64,000 nt of DNA from Myxococcota bacterium (GTDB lineage: Bacteria; Myxococcota_A; Polyangia; Polyangiales; Sandaracinaceae). Position numbers and translations under genes: made by a program. Location of the stretch: NCBI GenBank assembly GCA_036149055.1, contig JAYZQJ010000155.1:1-64000 (forward strand), in the 5' to 3' direction. The first letter of the stretch is position 1, and the number at the start of each line of letters is the position of its first letter. Under the pieces are notes generated by a model. The model did not search any database, had not been told where the DNA came from, and worked only from the letters and a program-made list of their open reading frames with translations. Shown piece by piece: positions 47,201 to 56,179 of this stretch.

Positions 47201-47702
47201 GGACTTCAAGTCCGACCTCCCCGCCGAGGGCTCGCCGCTGCGAGCGCGCTACGAGGCTCAGCTCCGGCTCTACGCCCAGGCGCTGCTCTCGACGGTCGCC
47301 GCCTGCGAGCACGTGGAGACGGTGCTCGTCGGCCCCCACGAGGCGCTCCCGAGCTCGCCCCGCGCGTCGGTGAACGACGAGGTCGCCCCCGAGCTCCGCG
47401 GCGCCGTCTCCCGCCTGCTGTCGGTCGGAGCGCGCCTCCCCCGCGTGGGCGCCGACGTCGGCGAGCCGATCATCGCCAACCTCGAGCTGGCCTGGGACGA
47501 GGCGCGCGTGGGCCTCGGCCTGGACCTCCTCGACGAAGAGCGCGCGGCCCTCACCGCGGCCGGCTGGACCGTGCACCACGCCGACACCGCCGAGGCGGGC
47601 TGGGCGCGTCGCGCCGAGGCCGCGCTCCGCGCCTCGCTGGAGCTCCCCGAGGAGGTCGACGACCAGGCCGACGATGGCGCGGATCCCGAGGAGGAGGAGT
47701 GA
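44238..47702 (+). CDS. AddA-like UvrD helicase with RecB-type PD-(D/E)xK nuclease and C-terminal extension
   Basis: AGAGSGKT, AITFTEKAA, DEVQDTD, VGDPKQSIYRFRRAD, NFRS, KAKGLE, RLLYVACTRARD, GVIDL...DFKSD...QLRLY; ATGA overlap with addB-like. Confidence 0.9.
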   Translation: MTAVDQAVRDEVTRAIGASIALSAGAGSGKTSVLTERLVNVLAAGVEPSRVAAITFTEKAAGELQRRVRDALERRLAETGDDVIARQLDRYHELTLSTIHSFCRQLLALEPLASRWAPGTEIVELESVGIARGLRRWRTETAEAHPLLLGLIDLTGSDRALHAAAQSLVAYRDLAPRVGREALDFEVAHAELVAVRDALEAAAAACTHPDGDKLLANNVDFRARLATWVELGAPEGTLAALVSDAKGGRAGGRKGDWPGDSKEVFKEAAVAIEGWRERCRERAHRTLVTSLREHVIQATAEVRAERAQASFSDLLFRAAELLARDPAARARLADRFDAVLIDEVQDTDPIQAEIAALLARAPSAEGAWLSAAPRPGRLFAVGDPKQSIYRFRRADVTVWRDLEGLIAGSGTEPKALTQNFRSVPGVVAWTSHVFAEMPGFAPQVAARGPASLDPVVVVETTAEEEFDHAIRHLLDLKRSGARVLDPERGEARPMRWGDVMILLPRWSRVSALVSRLERAGIDAVVEGGGTFFEGEEVRLSVSALRAMSEPADTEAVVHVLRGLFGFTWDALAAHVAAGGSFRMTVPEQPPGSVSDALETLRDLRMSRVDSWVPPLDRLLEHTRAPAVWSLRPDGRARLANLDKLRAIVRRLELESRSASQVITLLEEMQQREDEDDLSRADPSSDAVLITTVYKAKGLEAPIVALLDMDRKARVRDAIAHRREQEVSVKVGAFAPPGWERAKQDELLALTDEQRRLLYVACTRARDQLVILRHDGASLLSHLEGGWDPEALEHETKQTLAEGVEVRVRRGEALAAVVYTAETFPGRDRAVDALLEAPAGRGDPAMEARERALREAARASARRCRRTRSVGEVVSRHRAPTVGSGLGAEGGLVVHRALEQLEWTRDVEAEIGPLVEALALELGADAYTTERCAEVVRSILAHPVMERARRAPERWKETPFSFHERGRAVTGVIDLCFPEDASRTRWVVVDFKSDLPAEGSPLRARYEAQLRLYAQALLSTVAACEHVETVLVGPHEALPSSPRASVNDEVAPELRGAVSRLLSVGARLPRVGADVGEPIIANLELAWDEARVGLGLDLLDEERAALTAAGWTVHHADTAEAGWARRAEAALRASLELPEEVDDQADDGADPEEEE

Positions 47703-49738
47703 GCCAGTACGCGTACGACCTGGCGACGAGCCAGACGTTCTGGCAGAGCCGAGACGCGCTGGACCACCCGCAGCGGGTCGCGCTGGCGGACGCGATGGAC
47801 AAGGTGCAGAGGGGCCTGCCCTCGGCGCGCGTCCACAAGCTGGACCCGATGCCGTTCGTCTCGTTCGGCGTGAACCGGGACGCGCTGCGGGTGATCTGTC
47901 AGCGCGAGGAGCGGACGCTGCTGCTGCTCTGGGTCGCGGCGCACGACGCGGCCTACGAGTGGGCGCGGCGGCACCGCGTGCGGCAGGTCGGCTCCTTCGT
48001 GCGCATCGTGCGCACGCGCCTCGAGGAGGTCGACGCCGAGGTGGTCGAGCCGATGGTCGAGGGGCCGCTGTCGGCGGTCGACGACGCGGACTTCGCGCGC
48101 TTCGAGGTGGAGCCGCCCACCACCGACCTGCTGCGCGGCATCGAGAGCGAGGACGCGCTGCTCGATCTCGTGTCGCACTTCCCCCCGCCGCGCGGGAACG
48201 CCCTCCTGAGCCTGGCCACCGACCCCGACGGGGTGGCCCGCGCGGAGCGCGAGTACCGGGCCGCGATGGACGCCGAGGCCGAGGCGCCCACCCTCGCCGC
48301 GGCGCTGCGCGACGACGTGAACTCGGCCGACTTCTGGATCCCCGACCCGCACGATCAGGCGACGCTGCGCGCCCTGCGGGACGGCTTCGCGGCGTGGCGC
48401 GTGTTCCTGCACCCGACGCAGAGACAGGTGGTGCGGGTGGACGCGAAGGGCGCGGTGAAGGTCACCGGCGGCCCCGGGACCGGCAAGACGGTGGTCGCGC
48501 TGCACCGCGCGCGTCACGTGGCCGAGTCCCTGCCGGACGACGCGAAGGTGCTGGTGACCACCTTCAGCGCCGCGCTGACCGGCCAGCTTCGTGAGCAGCT
48601 CGATCAGCTCTGCGGCGACGGCCCGACGCGCGGACGGCTCACCGCGCGGAGCCTGGTGGCGGTGGCGCGCGACGTCCTGGCTTCGGCCGGGCGCCCCAAC
48701 GCGCTGGTCACCGACGTCACCGAGGCGTGGAGACGCGCGCTCGCCCACGACGCGGCGGGACGAGGCCGCGCCTTCTACGAGTCGGAGCGCGAGCACGTCG
48801 TCGCGGCCGCCGACGTCTGGGACGAGGCGCGCTACCTCCGCGTGCGCCGGACCGGGCGAGGGACTCCCCTCGACCGCCGCGAGCGCCGCGAGATCTGGAA
48901 GGTCCTCGAGGCGTTCGAGAGCGCGCTCCGCGAAGAAGGGGGCGACGCGATCGCGCTGGCGCGAGACGCGGCGATGGCGATCCGAGAGGGTGAGACCACG
49001 TCGCCCTACGCCGCCGTCGTGTGCGACGAGGTGCAGGACGTGGGCGCGAGCGAGCTGCGCTTCCTGGTCGCGCTCGCGTCCGACCCCGAGACGGGCGAGC
49101 TCCGCCGCAACGGGCTGACGCTCTGCGGCGACGGCTACCAGCGGATCTATCGCGTGCCGGTCACGCTGCGCGCCTGCGGCATCGACGTGCGCGGGCGTGC
49201 GTCGCGCGTGCTCCGTCTCAACTACCGGACGACCGAGGCGATCCGCCGGGCGGCGGTGGCGACGGTGACGGGGCTCGACGCCGGCGAGCTGGAGGACGAG
49301 GGCGTCGATCCGCTCCGGGGCTACCGATCCTTGCGCCGCGGCGAGCCGCCGGTGGAGAAGCGCTTCGACAGCCCCGAGGCCGAGGCCGACTGGCTCGCGT
49401 CGATCGCGGATGGCGATCCGATGCTGGTGCTGGCGAGGACCCGGACGTGGCTGAAGCGCCTCCGCGACCTCCTGCGCGCGCGGGGACACGAGCCTCGGCT
49501 CCTCGAGTCCGGCCGCCCCGACCCCGCCGAGCCCCTGGTGCTCTGCAGCCTGCACCGCGCCAAGGGCCTCGAGGCGCCCCGGGTCGTCATCGCCGGTCGC
49601 CAGCTCGTTCCCGCGCGCTATCCCGGCGGCGGCGACCCCGAGGACCGCGCGCTCTGGGACCGCAAGGAGCGGTGCCTCCTGTACGTCGGCCTCACCCGGG
49701 CCCGGGACTGGTGCGCGGTCTCCACGGTCGGGGCCTGA
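47699..49738 (+). CDS. UvrD-like SF1 helicase with N-terminal RelE/ParE-like domain
   Basis: GTGA overlap; N-terminal LRVI...LLLWVAAHDAAYEWA; WRVFLHPTQR, GGPGTGKT, DEVQD, GDGYQRIY, NYRTT, HRAKGLE, LYVGLTRARD. Confidence 0.88.
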   Translation: MSQYAYDLATSQTFWQSRDALDHPQRVALADAMDKVQRGLPSARVHKLDPMPFVSFGVNRDALRVICQREERTLLLLWVAAHDAAYEWARRHRVRQVGSFVRIVRTRLEEVDAEVVEPMVEGPLSAVDDADFARFEVEPPTTDLLRGIESEDALLDLVSHFPPPRGNALLSLATDPDGVARAEREYRAAMDAEAEAPTLAAALRDDVNSADFWIPDPHDQATLRALRDGFAAWRVFLHPTQRQVVRVDAKGAVKVTGGPGTGKTVVALHRARHVAESLPDDAKVLVTTFSAALTGQLREQLDQLCGDGPTRGRLTARSLVAVARDVLASAGRPNALVTDVTEAWRRALAHDAAGRGRAFYESEREHVVAAADVWDEARYLRVRRTGRGTPLDRRERREIWKVLEAFESALREEGGDAIALARDAAMAIREGETTSPYAAVVCDEVQDVGASELRFLVALASDPETGELRRNGLTLCGDGYQRIYRVPVTLRACGIDVRGRASRVLRLNYRTTEAIRRAAVATVTGLDAGELEDEGVDPLRGYRSLRRGEPPVEKRFDSPEAEADWLASIADGDPMLVLARTRTWLKRLRDLLRARGHEPRLLESGRPDPAEPLVLCSLHRAKGLEAPRVVIAGRQLVPARYPGGGDPEDRALWDRKERCLLYVGLTRARDWCAVSTVGA

Positions 49739-50735
49739 TCGCGCGGTCACCTCGGTCGGCTGTGGCTCGACCGGGCCTCGGCGGCGGGGGCTCGATGCGA
49801 ACGCGGTAGTGCCCCTCGGCGACGAGGGAGGCGTCGCGGCCGAGCCATGACGGAGGCACCCGGAAGGCGAGCGCGAGCGCCTCGCCGGGCTCGATGCGGG
49901 TGTAGCGCTGGTCGTCGCGGCAATGCGCCGCGCTCGGGCAGCGGACGGGGCGGACGCGCTGGCCTCCAAGCTCGAGATAGACGTCGTCGAGGTAGGTCAC
50001 CTCGTTCTTCCGCTCTTCGATCCGGATCCGCAGGGTGCGCTCGCCGACGGGCACGGTCAGGGACTCGCGGGCCTCGCGCTCGGGCCCGCGGAGGTGCCGC
50101 AGGATCTCGCCCCGCTCGATCCAGCCCTCCCCCGCGCGCACGACCACGTAGGGGCACGCGGCGAAGCCTCCCGCCCAGACGGCGACGATCTCTCCGTCGG
50201 GGCGCAGGTCGAAGTAGAGCTCCCACGACCAGTCGCCGCGGTCCCCCGAGCCGACGGAGGCGACGGTGGCGCCGGGGGCTCGGCGGCTCGGGCGCTCGAT
50301 CCAGGAGGCGTCGGGATCGACGACGCGCGGCCCGTGGCGGCGCGTCAGCAGGGGACAGACGTGCTCAGTGAGCTCCGCTGCCGTGCCCGAGAAGCGAGCT
50401 GGCGGGGTCGGCTCGGCCGACGCACACGCCGCCGCCGCGTCGTCGAACCATCGCTCGATCACGCGCGCCTGCACCGCGGAGAGCGCGGGCGGGGGCTCGA
50501 CGGTCCCCGCATCGGAGAGCGCCGGAGGGCGCCGAGCCGCGGCTGCCTCGAGCGGGGCTGCCTCGAGCCGGGCCGCCGGGAGCCCGGCCGCCGCCGGTCG
50601 CGACCGGATCGGGGTCGGGGGCGCGTCACGAGGAGCGGGCGCTTCCGCACGAGGTCGCGGGCCTCCCCGGAGCGCGGCGACCAGGGCGAGCGACGCGGCG
50701 GAGCCCACGAGCAGGAGGCGGTAGCGGACGCGCAT
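49692..50735 (-). CDS. Secreted or membrane-anchored hypothetical protein
   Basis: MRVRYRLLLVGSAASLALVAAL; ACPYV...GEIL...IEERKNEVTYLD...AEGHY; sigma-54 motif upstream. Confidence 0.7.
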   Translation of the reverse strand: MRVRYRLLLVGSAASLALVAALRGGPRPRAEAPAPRDAPPTPIRSRPAAAGLPAARLEAAPLEAAAARRPPALSDAGTVEPPPALSAVQARVIERWFDDAAAACASAEPTPPARFSGTAAELTEHVCPLLTRRHGPRVVDPDASWIERPSRRAPGATVASVGSGDRGDWSWELYFDLRPDGEIVAVWAGGFAACPYVVVRAGEGWIERGEILRHLRGPEREARESLTVPVGERTLRIRIEERKNEVTYLDDVYLELGGQRVRPVRCPSAAHCRDDQRYTRIEPGEALALAFRVPPSWLGRDASLVAEGHYRVRIEPPPPRPGRATADRGDRAIRPRPWRPRTSPGPG

Positions 50736-50748
50736 GCGCGGGTGGTCT

Positions 50749-50763
50749 GCAACCGCGGTGCCG
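50749..50763 (-). promoter_or_regulatory. Sigma-54 (-24/-12) promoter
   Basis: Minus strand CGGCACC-GCGG-TTGC with canonical spacing, 14 bp upstream of ATG 50735. Confidence 0.6.
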
Positions 50764-50942
50764 CAGCCTCTTCGCCGGGCCGGTGAGGCGGTGGGCGCGC
50801 CGAGCGAGGCAGCCGGGACACGCCGGCGTGTCGCGCGGGGAGTCTCGGCGGGCTCCGACTCCACTGCGCGATCCCGTTCGCCGACGCCCTCGCGCGCTTC
50901 GAATGACAACCCGTGCTCCCCAGCGTAGAGTCGCACGGTGCG

Positions 50943-51539
50943 ATGACACGACCGCTCCACGCCAGTCTGACGTTGCTGCTCCTGGCGTGCGGCGCACCGC
51001 ACCCGGAGCGCGCCGCGGCGTCGGCGAGAGCGGCGCCCCCGTCGACGCCAGTTCCTCCGGCCCCGCGTCGGGAGACCGCGGCGGAGCCGGCGCGAGCGGT
51101 CGCCTTCACTCCGTCCGGCGCTCCCCGGTCGCCGTTCCAGGCGCGCCGCCGAGAACCGACTCCCGGCCGCGTGGCGGAGGGCGTGCGCCGCGCGATCCGG
51201 ACGCGCACGGCGGAGCTCTTCGCCTGCTACCGCGACGCGCCCTGCGGCCCTCACGGCGCCCAGCCGAGCCGGGTGATCCTCGCGCTCGCGGTCGGCACCG
51301 ACGGGGAGGTCGGCGCGCCACGCGCGCTCTCCGTGACGCACTACCGGTGGGACGGCGAGACCCTCGAGCCGCTCGCCGGCGACCCGACCGAGCCCCTCGC
51401 CCGGTGCCTCGAGCGGGCCCTGGCGGGGCTCCGCACGGAGGTGCCGCCCGCCGCCCCGACCGAGGTCCGCTACCCGGTCGCCCCCGACGTGACGAGCTGC
51501 GAGGGCCGGGCCATACCCCGTGAACATGCCGACCGATGA
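50943..51539 (+). CDS. Lipoprotein with AgmX/PglI-C (TonB-C-like) domain
   Basis: LLLLA-C lipobox; VRRAIR...LFACY...ARCLERAL...VRYP. Confidence 0.6.
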   Translation: MTRPLHASLTLLLLACGAPHPERAAASARAAPPSTPVPPAPRRETAAEPARAVAFTPSGAPRSPFQARRREPTPGRVAEGVRRAIRTRTAELFACYRDAPCGPHGAQPSRVILALAVGTDGEVGAPRALSVTHYRWDGETLEPLAGDPTEPLARCLERALAGLRTEVPPAAPTEVRYPVAPDVTSCEGRAIPREHADR

Positions 51540-52023
51540 CGACTCGCTGGCTGAGTTTCCGGGCGGTCGCCCCATCTCACGCGCTCACGCGCGTGGGAGC
51601 CGCGGCAGTACCTCGCCGCACCTCCCGTCCGTGGTGCGACCGAGCGCGCTGCCGACCCGGGAGATGACGGCGCTCTCGAGCGGTGAGCTGCTCGGGCGGG
51701 TGGCGATGTTGGCGGGGGCGCTGCAGCACCTCCGGGTGCACTACGAGCGGCTCGACCCGGGGCGCCGGAGCAGCCGGCCGCACCATCACACCGCTCGAGA
51801 GGAGTGCGTGTACGTCGTCGCGGGGGAGGTGGAGCTGATGCTCGGCGAGACCTCGCGCAGCATGGAGGCCGGGGACTTCGTCGCGCTCCCGGCCGGGCCC
51901 CCGGCGCACACGCTCCGAAACGTCGGCGACGGCGAGGCGGAGCTGCTCGTGTTCAGCGCGTCGCCGGGCCCCGACGAGGTGGTCTACGCGGAGGACTCTC
52001 GCGTGGCACCCTCCACCGGGTGA
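51520..52023 (+). CDS. Cupin domain protein
   Basis: SSRPHHHTAREECVYVVAGE...AHTLRN; true start probably further downstream. Confidence 0.85.
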   Translation: MNMPTDDDSLAEFPGGRPISRAHARGSRGSTSPHLPSVVRPSALPTREMTALSSGELLGRVAMLAGALQHLRVHYERLDPGRRSSRPHHHTAREECVYVVAGEVELMLGETSRSMEAGDFVALPAGPPAHTLRNVGDGEAELLVFSASPGPDEVVYAEDSRVAPSTG

Positions 52024-52808
52024 GCGACGACTACGAGGCGAAGCTGCTGCGGGCGGTGATGATCCGCCGGCTGGTGATGGGCGTCGGCGCGCTGACCTTC
52101 GCGGCGGCGAGCGCCATGTTCTCCTGCTTCGCGGTCTACCTGCTGTTCACCGGCGCCTTCCGGGGGGCGCGCGCGCCGCTGCGCCTGATCATCATCGGCT
52201 TCGTGCTCGCCTGTCTCTTCGGCATCGCGGGCGTGGTCACGCTGCGGCGCGGGGAGATCGATCTCGACAGCGGGAAGATCCACGAAGGCGCGCCGGTGCC
52301 GGTGAAGCTGGTGGCGGGGGCGACGGCGCTCGTGAGCCTGGGGATCGCGCTGATCGCGGCGTGGCCGCTCGGCGTCTACGGCTGGCTGGGCGGGCGCTTC
52401 TCGAAGTGCCGCGAGCTAGTGACGGTGGACGAGCTGAGCGCGCTCGCCGGTCGCCCCCTCGAGGCCGGAGATCTGAGCGAGGCCGACTCGGACCTGGAGG
52501 TCTGCACGCTGCGGATCATGGCCGAGGGAGACCCGCTCCCGGTGGCGGCCATCAGCGTGCACGAGGATCACTTCCGCGGGGGCTACGACTTCAACCGTCG
52601 GCGGCTCTCGCAGGAGGAGCCGGTCGAGGGCCTCGGCACGGAGGCCCTGCGAGGCCGGGGCGGCGGTTATCACCACGTCGGCTTCATGGTGGAGCCGTCG
52701 GGGGCCTGGGTCCAGCTCGCGGAGGAGACCTTCGACGAGGCCGACGTGCGCGCGGTGATCGAGCGGCTCCGCGAGCGCGCGTCGATGATCGAGCCCTACG
52801 AGCGCTGA
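52020..52808 (+). CDS. Hypothetical membrane protein (3 TMs plus soluble C-terminal domain)
   Basis: GTGA overlap with the cupin gene; three hydrophobic segments. Confidence 0.7.
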   Translation: MSDDYEAKLLRAVMIRRLVMGVGALTFAAASAMFSCFAVYLLFTGAFRGARAPLRLIIIGFVLACLFGIAGVVTLRRGEIDLDSGKIHEGAPVPVKLVAGATALVSLGIALIAAWPLGVYGWLGGRFSKCRELVTVDELSALAGRPLEAGDLSEADSDLEVCTLRIMAEGDPLPVAAISVHEDHFRGGYDFNRRRLSQEEPVEGLGTEALRGRGGGYHHVGFMVEPSGAWVQLAEETFDEADVRAVIERLRERASMIEPYER

Positions 52809-52873
52809 CGAAGCCGCGGCTCCCGGGCGCCCCGCGACTTGCGGTGTGGACCACGCCGCGACAGGGTAGCGCG

Positions 52874-53611
52874 GTGTCGAGCTCCAGGGACCGGGGGGCG
52901 CTGATCGCGGAGTCGATCGCGTCGGAGGACGAGACGCTCGCGGCGGCTGGGCTGGAGGAGCTCCGGTCGGCGCCGCCGTCGGTATTGGACGGGGTCGCGC
53001 GGCGGCTCGAGGCGACGCTCGCGGCGGGCGGGCCCGAGGCCGCGCGGGCCTGTGCGCAGCTGGCTCGCGGGGGCGCGCGGCGCTTCGGCGGCGAGGCGTG
53101 GCAGCGGCTGATGCGGGCGCTGACCGAGGCGCAGGCGGCCGGGGTGCCGGGGGCGCAGACCGCGTTTCAGAGCGTGGTGATGCACGGGCCCGACCCCGAG
53201 CACGTGCGGAAGCTGCGGGAGGAGCGCGCGAGCCGGCCGGTCGGCCCCGTCCGGCAGCTGCTCTCGGTGGCGAGCCGGATCTGGGTGTGGGTGGCGCTCC
53301 CGATGGCGTGCGTGCTGCTGGGGGTGGCCGGCGCGGCGGTCGAGCCGACCGGGTACTCGCTCCTGCCGCTCGGGGTCGGCGTGCCGATCACGCTGGTATC
53401 GTTCGTGGCGCTCGACGCGTTCCTGCGGCGCTGCCCGCGCTGCCGCCTCTGGCTGGGCGGGCGCCTGCTGGCGCTCGTGAAGACCGGCACCTCGACCGAG
53501 AGCGTCCACGTGCAGACCGCGAGCGGCGGGACCGAGACGGTGCAGCGGAGCGTGAGCACGTTCCGCCGCGACTGGCGCTGCGTGCGCTGCGGTCACGCCT
53601 GGAGCACGTGA
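52874..53611 (+). CDS. Membrane protein with C-terminal Zn ribbon
   Basis: Two TMs; CPRC...CVRCGH. Confidence 0.65.
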   Translation: MSSSRDRGALIAESIASEDETLAAAGLEELRSAPPSVLDGVARRLEATLAAGGPEAARACAQLARGGARRFGGEAWQRLMRALTEAQAAGVPGAQTAFQSVVMHGPDPEHVRKLREERASRPVGPVRQLLSVASRIWVWVALPMACVLLGVAGAAVEPTGYSLLPLGVGVPITLVSFVALDAFLRRCPRCRLWLGGRLLALVKTGTSTESVHVQTASGGTETVQRSVSTFRRDWRCVRCGHAWST

Positions 53612-53612
53612 G

Positions 53613-55757
53613 TCAGCCGACGCCGGACTCGCCGAGGATGGCGTGCTCGAGGCGGCAGGCGCGGAAGGTCGCGCGGAAGGTCTGCGCGTCGTAGAGGTTC
53701 GCGCCGCGCAGATCGCACTCGGCGAGCTCCGCGCCCTCGAAGTAGCCCCGCATCAGGTTCGCCTTCACGAAGGTCGCCCCGTGGGCCTTCGCCCTCGGCC
53801 AGCGGCAGCTCTTCGCCTCCACCTGGTTCAGGTTCGCGCGGTCGAAGACCGAGTCCTCGAAGACCGAGTCCTCGAAGGTGGCGCCGGAGAGATCGGCGTC
53901 GCTGAAGTCGCACTTCCGGAGGCTCGAGCCGGCGGCGGTGACGCGGGCCAGCGAGGCGCCGGAGAGCACGGCGCCGTCGACCCGCGCGCCGTCCATCACC
54001 GCGTCAGACGCGAGGAGGCGCGCGCCGGCGACGCCGTAGAGGCGCACGTCCGGCATCTGCGCGCCGGTGAGGTCGGCGTCCTCGAGCCGGGTGTCGGTGA
54101 AGTCGGCCGCGGCGAGGCGGGCGCCGCGCAGGCTCACGCGGCTCCAGTCCGCGCCGCTGACGCTCACGCCGTCGAGAGAGGCGCCGTCGAGCTGCGCGTC
54201 GGTGGCCCGCGTTCGATCGAGCGAGGCCTGGTCGAGCTTCGCGTCCGTCAACTTGGCGTTCGACAGCGAGGCACCCGCGAGGCTCGCGCCGCGCAGGTCC
54301 GCCCCCGACGCGTCGCAGCCGTCGAGCTTGGCGTCGGTCAGCACCGCGCCCGAGAGCGTGGCGCCAGCGAGCGACACGCCGCTGAGATCGGCCCCGATCA
54401 GGAGCGCGCCCGCGAGATCGCGCCCCGAGAGGTCCCGGCCCGTCAGGTCGCAGTGCGAGAGGTCCTCGTCGCCGAGGGAGCCGCCTCGGTCGAGGAGCGC
54501 GGCGAGCGCGGCGGGCGCCAGCGCCGGCGCGGGCGGAGGCGGCGCCTTCGGCTCGAGCGGCGGGGACGCGACGGTCGCGGCCCACGGGGGGAGGCCGAGG
54601 GCCCGCGCCTGATCGGTGGTGAGACCGCGGGGCGGGACGTAGCCCTCGGGCGGCTGCGGCGCGGGCTCCTCTTCCGGCTCGTCCTCCTCGGGCGTGCGCT
54701 CGTGCGCGGCCCGGTACGCCTCGGTGAAGCGGCGGTGGATCTCGGCCTCGCCGCACGGCTGCGCGCTCGGCTCGGCGAGCACGAAGAAGCTCGCGAGGTC
54801 GCTCCCGTACTGATCCTCGACCTCGATGGCGCCGCGCCAGACGAGGATCACCTGCAGCTGGTCGGCGTCGAACCAGACGGTGTCGAGCTGCATCGGCAGC
54901 TCCTTCAGCGCGTGCGACGACGCGAGCGGCTGCGCGAAGGCGCGCACGCGCAGCGACGGGAGCCGCCCCTCGAGGATCTCGTCGTCCGGGCGCACGCCGG
55001 CGAGCCGGTACCACTCGTCGCCCCGCGGGTGCGCGAACTGCAGCTCGGGGGGCGCGGCCTGGAAGAAGTCGTAGCGGAAGCTGTCCGGGAAGTAGGGCGC
55101 GCGGCTCGCCGCCCAGCCGCCGCCGTAGTCCCCCACGAAGCGCTGGCGCGACGGCCAGGTCTCGGGGATCGGGGTCGTCAGCGCGGGCGGAGGGCGGTCC
55201 TGGGGCGAGCGGAGCAGCCGGTCGAGGCGCTCGAAGCTCGGCAGGCGGCCGCCCTCCCCGGCGCGCCCGACCCCGAGCGGGTTGTTCGGATCGTCCGGCC
55301 CCCCGAAGGCGCGCTCGGGCCGCAGCGGGATCTTCTCGAAGGGCGCCGGCTCGCTCGGCGCGCCGCGCTGCCAGGTGCGCTCGCCGATCGCCGCGAAGGC
55401 GTGATGGAGGTCCCGGCCGAGGCGCATCTCCACCCGCTGCACGGGAGGGCCGGCCTTGCGCGAGCGGTAGGCGTGCCCGGTCAGGAAGACGTCGCAGCGC
55501 GGCTTGAAGAACGCCATGTCGCCCGGATAGACGAGCGCGTCCTCGGCGTCCTCGAAGGGCGTGGGGCCGAGCGGCAGGGCCTGCTCCTCGGCCGGGGTGG
55601 CCGGGCCTCCGGGCACCAGGTCGAAGGTGCCCTTCACCGTCAGGATCTGCGCGTCGCGAGGCGGGCGCAGCTGCCACGCCTGGGTGAAGGCGGGCAGAGG
55701 GATCGAGGTCAGGACCGGAACGGAGTCCGGCTCGCGCGGGGGGGTCGGCAGGGCCAT
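53613..55757 (-). CDS. T6SS accessory DUF2169 protein with C-terminal pentapeptide repeats
   Basis: VKGTFDL, FKPRCDV, ERAFGG...NPLGVG, FFQAAP, LDTVWFD...LVWRG; pentapeptide repeats. Confidence 0.92.
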   Translation of the reverse strand: MALPTPPREPDSVPVLTSIPLPAFTQAWQLRPPRDAQILTVKGTFDLVPGGPATPAEEQALPLGPTPFEDAEDALVYPGDMAFFKPRCDVFLTGHAYRSRKAGPPVQRVEMRLGRDLHHAFAAIGERTWQRGAPSEPAPFEKIPLRPERAFGGPDDPNNPLGVGRAGEGGRLPSFERLDRLLRSPQDRPPPALTTPIPETWPSRQRFVGDYGGGWAASRAPYFPDSFRYDFFQAAPPELQFAHPRGDEWYRLAGVRPDDEILEGRLPSLRVRAFAQPLASSHALKELPMQLDTVWFDADQLQVILVWRGAIEVEDQYGSDLASFFVLAEPSAQPCGEAEIHRRFTEAYRAAHERTPEEDEPEEEPAPQPPEGYVPPRGLTTDQARALGLPPWAATVASPPLEPKAPPPPAPALAPAALAALLDRGGSLGDEDLSHCDLTGRDLSGRDLAGALLIGADLSGVSLAGATLSGAVLTDAKLDGCDASGADLRGASLAGASLSNAKLTDAKLDQASLDRTRATDAQLDGASLDGVSVSGADWSRVSLRGARLAAADFTDTRLEDADLTGAQMPDVRLYGVAGARLLASDAVMDGARVDGAVLSGASLARVTAAGSSLRKCDFSDADLSGATFEDSVFEDSVFDRANLNQVEAKSCRWPRAKAHGATFVKANLMRGYFEGAELAECDLRGANLYDAQTFRATFRACRLEHAILGESGVG

Positions 55758-55764
55758 GGCGCGG

Positions 55765-56175
55765 TCAGACGTGCGAGAAGACCTGGGTCTGCGAGGGCGC
55801 CACGTGGACCCCGCCCGCCGGCAGGTTGCCGCCGTTGTGCTTGGTGGGCGTGAGGTGATGGACCACCTTCTTGCCCCCCGCGTAGACCTTGCTGCTGCCC
55901 TTCAGGAAGCCGGTCTCGTTGGCCAGCTTGGGCGCCTTGACCATGCCCTTGAGCGTGCCGGCCTCGTCGCCGTTGCTCGAGCCCGGCTCCGAATTCTCCA
56001 CCACGACGTCCTTCTTGCAGACCTTCACCTTCTCGCAGGTCCCTTTGCTGTTCCGCACCTGGGACATGTTGGGGAACGGCGTCGGGATCGGGGGCGCGGG
56101 GGGCGCCGGCACCTTGCAGACGTCGGGGAAGCCGGCGCAGCTGCCGCCGCCTTTGGTCGCTACGGGGAAGTACAT
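55765..56175 (-). CDS. DUF4150 PAAR-like spike tip protein (no toxin extension)
   Basis: FPDVCKVPAPP..PIPTPFPN, SNGDEAG, GSSKV, SQTQV. Confidence 0.9.
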   Translation of the reverse strand: MYFPVATKGGGSCAGFPDVCKVPAPPAPPIPTPFPNMSQVRNSKGTCEKVKVCKKDVVVENSEPGSSNGDEAGTLKGMVKAPKLANETGFLKGSSKVYAGGKKVVHHLTPTKHNGGNLPAGGVHVAPSQTQVFSHV

Positions 56176-56179
56176 GGGC

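Noticed and set aside
42516..47579. 1687-aa minus-strand ORF and other long antisense ORFs (e.g. 56938-60345, 60539-63289, 19525-21543)
   Set aside because: Shadow ORFs opposite well-supported genes, expected in high-GC DNA; Arg/Ala/Gly-rich and without motifs.
44645..47698. N-terminal ~1000 aa of the 1697-aa ORF
   Set aside because: An out-of-frame overlap with the addA-like gene with low-complexity translation; the real start is GTG 47699 after GAGGAGG.
53843..53877. 15-bp tandem repeat (GAAGACCGAGTCCTC)
   Set aside because: It encodes two consecutive pentapeptide units (FEDSV) and is explained by the protein repeat.
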